DNA of 64,000 nt from Mobula birostris (taxonomy: Eukaryota). The position numbers and the translations under genes were made by a program. This document shows positions 39,177-64,000 of the stretch, piece after piece. Location of the stretch: NCBI RefSeq assembly GCF_030028105.1, contig NC_092396.1, positions 20,605,820 through 20,669,819 on the forward strand, in the 5' to 3' direction. The notes under the pieces were generated by a model. That model was not told the DNA's origin, made no database searches, and saw only the letters and a list, made by a program, of their open reading frames with translations. The first letter of the stretch is position 1; each line of letters opens with the position of its first letter.

Positions 39177-41331
39177 TTCTATCTCCCTTACCATAGCATT
39201 GGAGAGGGTTAGGAACAGACAGGTTAGGAAAGCAGTTAATTGGAGTAAGGGGAAATACGAGGCCTACAGGGACGAGGTCCAGCACCTGGCCGTGTGGTGT
39301 GCTGACAACAACCTGGCCCTTAACACCCAGAAGATCAAGGACCAAGGAGATCATTGTGGATTTCAGGCATGCTAGGAGCCACACTCACATCCCCATCTAT
39401 ATCAACGGAGCTGTAGTGGAGCATGTATCAAGCTTCAAATTCCTTGGTGTCCACATTTCTGAGGATCACACCTGGTCCCTGAACTCCTCCATCCTGGTCA
39501 AAAAGGCACTACTGCGCCTTTATTTCCTGTGGAGCATCAAGAAAGCTCACCTCTGTCCCAGGATACTGACGGACTTTTACCACTGTACCATTGAGAGCAT
39601 ACTCACTGTCACAAAAAACAGTGGGTCAATTGTTTAAGAAAAATAACAAGATGGCTTGAGTCACAAAACTAGATTGAGGTGCTTTCATTTACCTCAAAAC
39701 AATACAAAAGCTGGAAAAAAATATATATATAATCCACTCTCAGACTAAACACAAAAGAAAACTAACCCCAAAACCTTGGTAACCTGAGGCTTATAACTGC
39801 TAAGCCCCTCCTCCTAGACCAACCAAAAGCTAATTAACTCAATTATCCAATTAAAGATGGTATCTTCCACCACCAGCACACCTGTGCAGGTTGCTGCTGC
39901 CTCTATATGAGACAGCTCCGTTCAGCAGCTCTGTTTCTGTTACTGCTGGGGATGAGTATTTTACCGAGTGTGCCATGTGCCACCCATAGTCAGTGACGAG
40001 CCTTCGTCACATTACCTCCCTCCTCTCCTGCAGCGGCAATGTTTGGCAGTCTTGACAGGAAGTCCGCTGTGATGTTCTCCTTGCCTGATTTGTGCCGCAC
40101 ACAGAACCTGAAAGGTTGAAGTTCCAGGTACCACCTAGTCACCCTGGCATTCCGATCCTTCATTGTCTGGATCTAAGTCAGGGCTCTGTGGTCTGTCTGG
40201 AGGTCAAACTCCCTCCCAAGAAGGTAGTACCTGAGGCTGTCCAACGCCCACTTGATTGCCAGACACTCCTCCTCGATTGTGGAGTACCAGGTTTCACAGG
40301 GCAGAAGTTTCCTGCTGAGATATAACACAGGATGTTCCTCACCTGGCTCTCCCTGAGCCAGTACTGCCCCGATGCCTACATCTGAGGCATCCACCTGCAC
40401 CAGGAAGCGGTGTTCAAAGTCAGGACTCTGCAACACAGGGGAAGAGCACAATTTCTCCTTCAGGCCCTGGAAAGCACTTTCACACTCCTCTCTCCATTCC
40501 ACAGGATTTCGGGCCAACTTGTAGGTGAGGTTGGTCAATGGGGCTGCCAGGGTTGAAAAGTGAGGGATGAACCGTTGGTACCAGCCCACTAGGCCAAGAA
40601 GAGACCGGACCTGGGTCTTGGTACGGGGCCTGGGGCTGTTCAGAATGGCCTCAACTTTATCCACCTGAGGCCAGACTTCTCCTCTCCCCAACTGATAGCC
40701 CAGGTAGCAGGTTTCCTGCCTGGCCCACTCACATTTCTGCAGGTTGAGTGTAAGTCCTGCTGCATTGATTGCACCTAGGACTCAACAGAGGTGCTCCAGA
40801 TGTCAGGCTAAAAATAACCACATCATCCAAATAGGCGGCACCGCAGTCCTCACAACCTTGTAGCACTCTGTCCATAAGCCTCTGGAATGTGGCTGGGGCA
40901 CCATGTAAGCCAAAGGGTGTCACCGTGAACTTAACGAGGCCTACAGGGGTCCTGAATGCAGTGAGGGGCTGGGACTGGCTCTCCAGGGGGACCTGCCAAT
41001 ACCCCTTGCAGAGGTCCAAGATGGTGATGTAGTTGGCTCTCCCAATCCTCTCCAGCAGGTCCTCAATCTGGGGCATCAGGTAGGCATCGAAAAATGAGAT
41101 GGCATTCAGTTTCCTAAAGTGAATGCAAATGCGAAGAGTTCAATTCGTCTCTGGCACAATGACAATAGGTCCGCTTGATGCTGGAGCTGGGAGTCATCGA
41201 ACCGTCTGAAAGTGAGTGGAGTAGCCCTATTGTCATTGTGCCAAAGAAGAATGGAACTCTTCGCATTTGCATTGACTTTAGGAAGCTGAATGCCATCTCA
41301 TTTTTCGATGCCTACCTGATGCCCTGAATTG

Positions 41332-41381
41332 AGGCTCCAGTCTCCAAGGAGGTGTGGGTTCGAATCCCACCGCTGCCACCA
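41332..41381 (+). pseudogene. Reverse-transcribed 3' ~50 nt of tRNA-Leu including CCA (extended primer-binding site)
   Basis: AGGCTCCAGTCTCcaaGGAGGtGTGGGTTCGAATCCCACCGCTGCCA-CCA matches vertebrate tRNA-Leu(AAG/TAG) from the anticodon loop to the CCA end. Confidence 0.85.
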
Positions 41382-41550
41382 TATGTCACAAAAAACTGTG
41401 GGTTAATTGTTTAAGAAAAATAACAAGATAGCTTGAGTCACAAAACTAGATTGAGGTGCTTTTATTTATCTCAAAACAAGACAAAAACTGGAAAAAAAAC
41501 ACAATATACATCCACCCTCAGACTAAACACAAAAGAAAACTAACCCCAAA

Positions 41551-41678
41551 GCCTGCCTGCCTGTCTGTACCTTGTTTTACAGCAGTTGGCATCCAGCTTA
41601 ATGGTGCATTACCGCCACCCTCTGCTCCAGAATGTGCACTAGACATACAGTCTAAATCCCTTCACCCAATCGCACATG

Positions 41679-41730
<52 letters not shown>

Positions 41731-42393
41731 AACCAACACTTTACCCTCCCATCTTTGACCATCCTAGTATCCTATTCCTGTTTATTCATCATATTCTATA
41801 AAAAACCCCTGTACCCCTTAAAAATGCCAAAAATACCCAGACTTGTGCTCTCTCACCCATGCCCAGCAACCCTTTTAATGTGAATTCCTGCATCCCCAAC
41901 TCCCTTAATTTATTTCTCATCATCTCTCTCTGTATCCTATACTTCCTGCAACACAAAACTACATGTTCTACTGACTCCTCTTCCTGACATTCCTCACACA
42001 ATCCTGTCTGGTGTTTCCCTATCATTTTCAATGCCCCAGCCTTAACCTAGTCCACACAATTTCCTCTCTTCTGTTTCCATTACCTACCCTAGTAACTGCA
42101 ACACTCTTTTGTATTTGATATAAATGCCTCCCTTTCCCCTCCCTGTCCCATCTTTCTTGCCACATTCAGTTGACTTTTTCCCAGATTACACACTTAACCT
42201 CTGCTTTACTGATACTAATGTGCATTTCCACATTTTCTTTCTTTAACACCCNNNNNNNNNNNNNNNNNNNNNNNNNNNNNNNNNNNNNNNNNNNNNNNNN
42301 NNNNNNNNNNNNNNNNNNNNNNNNNNNNNNNNNNNNNNNNNNNNNNNNNNNNNNNNNNNNNNNNNNNNNNNNNNNNNNNNNNNNNNNNNNNNN
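41551..42393 (-). mobile_element. I-group (Nimb-like) LINE 3' fragment inserted in the 5' LTR; 5' junction lies in an N-gap; contains a (TA)n/(CA)n microsatellite
   Basis: C-terminal CCHC GLCEECQEEESVEHVVLCC..FLRGTG; 3' UTR ggtggcggtaatgcacc; LTR sequence resumes at 42394. Confidence 0.7.
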
Positions 42394-43135
42394 AACCCAT
42401 AGAAACTTGGTAACCTGAGGCTTATAACTACTAAGCCCCTCCCTCTAGACCAACCGAAAGCTAATTAACTCAATTATCCAATTAGAGATGGTATCTTCCA
42501 CCATCAGCACATCTGTGCAGGTTGCTGCTGCCTCTGTATGAGACAGCTCCATGCAGCAGCTCTGTTTCTATTACTGCTGGGGATGAGTATTTTACCGAGT
42601 GCGCCATGTGCCGTCCGTAGTCAGTGATGAGCCTTCGTCACACTCACCAATTGCATTTCAGTGTGGTATGGCAATTGTCCTGTATCGGACCGCAAAGCAC
42701 TCCAGCGTGTGGTGAAAACAGCCCAGCGGATTATCGGCACCCAATTGCCCACCATTGAGAATATCTACCATAAACGCTGCCTGGGCAGGGCGGAAAGCAT
42801 TATCAAGGATGCATCTCACCCTAACCATGGACTTTTTACTCTCCTCCCATCCGGTAGGCGCTACAGGAGCCTCCGCTCTCGCACCAGCAGGCACAGGAGG
42901 AGCTTCTTCCCTGAGGCTGTGACCCTGCTGAACCTCTCATCACAGCACTAAGCAGTATTGCATCCGTATTGTACTGTCTCAGTACTTTTATATTTGTGTG
43001 CTGTAGCACTTTTTTATTCGCAGTTATTTTGTAAATAACACTATTCTTTGCATTTCTGGTCAGATGCTAAACGCATTTTATTGGCTTTGTATCTGTCCTC
43101 GGCACAATGACAATAAAGTTGAATCTAATCTAATC

Positions 43136-43675
43136 AGGCAGGAACTTGGAAGCATAAATTGGGAACAGATGTTCTCAGGGAAATGTACAGAAGAAATGTG
43201 GCAAATGTTCAGGGGATATTTGCATAGAGTTCTGCATAGGTATGTTCCAATGAGACAGCGAAATGATAGTAGGGTACAGGAACCGTGAAGTACAAAGGCT
43301 GTTGTAAATAGTCAAGAAGAAAAGAAGAGCTTATGAATGGTTCAAAAAACTAGGCAATGATAGAGATCTAGAAGATTATTAGATTAGCAGGAAGGAGCTT
43401 AAGAAAGAAACTAGGAGAGCCAGAAAGGACCATGAGAAGGCCTTGGCGGACAGGATTAAGGAAAGCCCCAAAGCATTCTACAAGTATGTGAAGAGCAAGA
43501 GGATAAGACGTGAGAGAATAGGACCAATCAAGTGTGACAGTGGAAAAGTGTGTATGGAACCGGAGGAGATAGCAGAGGTACTTAATGAGTACTTTGCTTC
43601 AGTATTCACTATGGAAAAGGATCTTGGTGACTGTAGGGATGACTTGCAGTGGACTGAAAAGCTTGAGCATGTAGA
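43136..43675 (+). mobile_element. CR1 ORF2 fragment
   Basis: LADRIKESPKAFYKYVKSKR..LNEYFASVFT. Confidence 0.85.
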
Positions 43676-44400
43676 TAGTCATAGTCATACTTTTTTGTTC
43701 CCAGGGGAAATTGGTTTTCGTTACAGTTCCACCATAAATAATATAGTAATAGAACCATAAATAGTTAAATAGTAATATGTAAATTATGCCAGTAAATTAT
43801 GAAATAAGTCCAGGACCAGCCTATTGGCTCAGGGTGTCTGACCCTCCTGTGACTGAGCAAAGTTTCCATACCAGGCAGTGATGCAGCCAGTCAGGATATT
43901 CTCAATTGTACACCTATAGAAAGTTCTTAGGATTTGGGGGCCCATACCAAACTTCTTCCAACCGTCTGAGGTGAGAGGTGCATTTGTGCAGACCACAAGA
44001 TCCTCAGTGATGTTTATGCAGAGGAACTTAAAGCTGTTTACCCTCTCAACTCCAGATTCATTGATGTCTATAGGGGTTAACCTGTCTCCATTCCTCCTGT
44101 AGTCCACAACCATTGAGGGAAAGGTTGTTTTCTTGACACCACTGTGTCAGGGTGATGACTTCTTCTCTGCCTCATTATTATCTGAGATTAGGGGTTGTAG
44201 TGACGTCAGCAAATTTAATTAGCAGATTGGAGTTGTGTGTGGCGACACAGTTATTGGTATACCGAGAGTAGAGGAGGGGGCTCAGTACACAGCCCTGAGG
44301 GGTACCTGGGTCAGAAGGGCAGAGGTGAGGGAGCCCACTCTTACCACCTGCCGGCATCTGACAGGAAGTCCAGGAAGGATCCAGTTACACAAGGCAGGGT
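43674..44400 (-). mobile_element. Rex1-type LINE fragments (3' tail of one subfamily plus RT interior of another)
   Basis: Tail near-identical to 47472-47640; VVDYRR..VNSFKFL..FYRCTIENILTGCITAWYGN. Confidence 0.75.
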
Positions 44401-44458
44401 GGGCTCGAACCATCAACCTTTTGGTGAACAGCCGAACGCGCTGACTGCGATATTGCGC
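44397..44458 (-). pseudogene. tRNA-Asn(GTT)-derived remnant lacking the acceptor stem
   Basis: Minus strand GCGCAAT..GTCAGCGCGTTCGGCTGTTCACCAAAAGGTTGATGGTTCGAGCCCACCC closely matches the vertebrate tRNA-Asn body; B box intact; both acceptor-stem strands missing. Confidence 0.7.
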
Positions 44459-44559
44459 ATGTTATAAACCTGAAATACCTCGCTGGGATTTTCTGCACTA
44501 GTAGCCCAGATGTTAATAATTCGCGGTGAGGGACACTTTTTTAGAGGACGAGTCTGGCT

Positions 44560-44627
44560 GCCCCTTGCAACGGGAGAGCCAATGAAGTGGGGCGGTCGAG
44601 GCACCGCTAAATCCCGCCCAGCTCGCC
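44560..44627 (+). promoter_or_regulatory. AKR7A CpG-island promoter
   Basis: CCAAT at 44579-44583, GC boxes GGGGCGG at 44589-44595 and CCCGCCC near 44613, immediately before the Kozak-like gccATG. Confidence 0.65.
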
Positions 44628-62788
<18,161 letters not shown>

Positions 62789-62855
62789 GTATGCAGATTC
62801 AACAATATAAATATCACTGTAATTAAATGGATTGGTTAGTTCCTTAAGATTGTTT

Positions 62856-63460
62856 TAGATTATGAGGACACGCAGTCCCCTTTTATTGTCATCTAGTAAT
62901 GCATGCATTAAGAAATGATACAATGTTTTTCCAGAATGATATCACGGAAACACATGACAAACCGACTTTAAAAACTTAACAAAAAACCACATAATTATAA
63001 CATATAGTTACAACAGTGCAAACAATACCGTAATTTGATAAGGACAGACCATGGCACGGTAATAGTCTCAACGTCTCTCGAAAGTCCCATCATCTCACGC
63101 AGACGGTAAACCTCCAGCGCCGCCAACTTGCCGATGCAGCATCCAACCACAGTCCAACTCCGAGTCTGTCTGAAAACTGAGCCTCCGACCATCTCTCCAC
63201 CACTGAGCACCATCTGCCGAACGTTCCGACCCCGGCCCCGGCAACGGGCAAAGCTGATGATTTAGGGCCTTTGTCTCCGGAGATTCTCGATCGTGCAGCG
63301 GCAGCGAAGCTGGTATTTCAGAAGTTACTCCAGGTGTTCCTCCACGCTTTTCACGGCTGTCTCCATCAAATCCAGATTGTGCACGGCCCCCTAGTCACAT
63401 ATAATCAATATCATTCGGAATGGCCGCATGCGCTGCGTCGCATCGCCATCTTCTCCTCCC
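62856..63460 (-). mobile_element. Non-autonomous ~610-bp retroposon, copy 2
   Basis: Same head and tail as 57641-58276. Confidence 0.75.
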
Positions 63461-63469
63461 TCCCTTAGA

Positions 63470-63968
63470 CAGGGGTGGTGATGGGGACCAGCTCCCACTA
63501 CCTAATAAATGGTCCCAATGGCGTCTGTCTCAAATAGCCTCTGACAACGAGTCCAGCTCCTTATGTAGCTTAGGGTTTTATCTGGATGCTCCAGAAGGGG
63601 CAAAGGCAGGTAACTGGCACTTTAAAATCAGTTGCTTTGGGCAGATGGGGCTTGTCAGCTTATCTAGGAGCAGGAAAACTGGTCTCAAACCTCTGCTGCC
63701 TTGCGGCTGTACCCACCCATGGGGAAGGCTTTGGGAGTAAACACTGAGGGGAAAAATCTGGAGCTGAACTCTCTAAGGTCCTACGTTGAGTTCAAAACTG
63801 AATGGCCACTCCTGTGATGCCACTGGTGCCGAACTGCCGTTCCTATGGATTCATCAGCTGCATGGAGTGGGGAAACCTGTAGCTTGCTCTCCATATTGTA
63901 CTGCCTGAGTGGGTGTATTACGTAGGACACAACGTCCATGGTCAACCCTGACCAACAGAGGGCCTCAT
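63470..63968 (+). repeat. Interspersed repeat, possibly an RTE-related non-autonomous element
   Basis: Resembles RTE-type 5' UTR sequence (ggggaaggctttgggagtaaac; ggaaaact..ctcaaacctc) by recognition only; no coding evidence. Confidence 0.35.
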
Positions 63969-64000
63969 AATAGACTGGAGAAGGATTTGACTATCAAAAG

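Larger units (their letters stand above)
39607..42642 (-). mobile_element. Gypsy LTR retrotransposon (Gmr1-like), internally deleted; 3' LTR 39607-40011, 5' LTR 41384-42642 (interrupted)
   Basis: TG...CA termini; 5-bp TSD CTCAC (39602-39606 / 42643-42647); PPT GGAGAGGAGGGAGG next to 40011; tRNA-Leu PBS next to 41384; RT (LDLCKGYWQVP, PFGLHGAPATFQR, YLDD) and RNase H (VDASDVGIGAVL, TDHRAL, NITADFLSR) run directly into the LTR. Confidence 0.92.
39255..43135 (+). mobile_element. Rex1/Babar LINE 3' half, split by the LTR element at 39607-42642
   Basis: KEIIVDFR..SFKFLGVHI..FYHCTIESILT | NCISVWYGNC..RKALQRVVK..HPNHGLFTLLPSGRRYRS; reads continuously once the insert and one TSD are removed; tail caataaagttg(aatct)n. 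Confidence 0.9.

Noticed and set aside
41332-41381. Functional tRNA-Leu gene
   Set aside because: The 5' half and A box are absent and CCA is encoded; it sits at the PBS position of an LTR element.
44201-44208. CRE (TGACGTCA) upstream of AKR7A
   Set aside because: It lies within a decayed Rex1 RT fragment and is probably a chance product of mutation; no supporting evidence.
44397-44458. Functional tRNA-Asn gene
   Set aside because: No acceptor stem, altered D-loop and mismatches in the anticodon and T stems.
63484-63550. HDV-like ribozyme at the start of the RTE-like repeat (GGGACCA/TGGTCCC stem)
   Set aside because: I could not build the nested double pseudoknot (no clear P1.1, P2 or P3) by hand; only a simple hairpin is evident.

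Overview
Eukaryotic (vertebrate) genomic DNA, rich in introns and transposable elements, with three N-gaps. The repeat mix (CR1, Rex1/Babar, Penelope-like, V-SINE) suggests a cartilaginous fish, probably a ray or shark; this is an inference. Three spliced genes were reconstructed by hand from GT-AG boundaries and reading frame. DRAXIN (minus strand) has 4 coding exons at 11931->3586 and its 3' end lies outside the window. MAD2L2/REV7 (plus strand) is a complete 8-exon, 636-nt CDS at 20540-38235 (211 aa), head-to-head with DRAXIN. An AKR7A aflatoxin-aldehyde reductase (plus strand) has exons 1-6 at 44628-62788 and its last exon lies outside the window. Most other six-frame ORFs are TE fragments or noise. 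The most unusual structure is a deleted Gmr1-type Gypsy LTR element (39607-42642, TSD CTCAC). Its primer-binding site is about 50 nt of mature tRNA-Leu including CCA, instead of the usual 18 nt, and is fused by microhomology to an inverted duplication of RT sequence. It looks like a fossil of aberrant reverse transcription. Other points of interest: minimal hammerhead-ribozyme motifs in several Penelope-like repeats, a 9.4-kb nested hAT stack that expanded a ~175-bp AKR7A intron, a tRNA-Asn/LINE junction in the AKR7A promoter region, a two-copy ORF-less retroposon with a YY1-type head and a 3' stem-loop, and an F126S-equivalent change in REV7.
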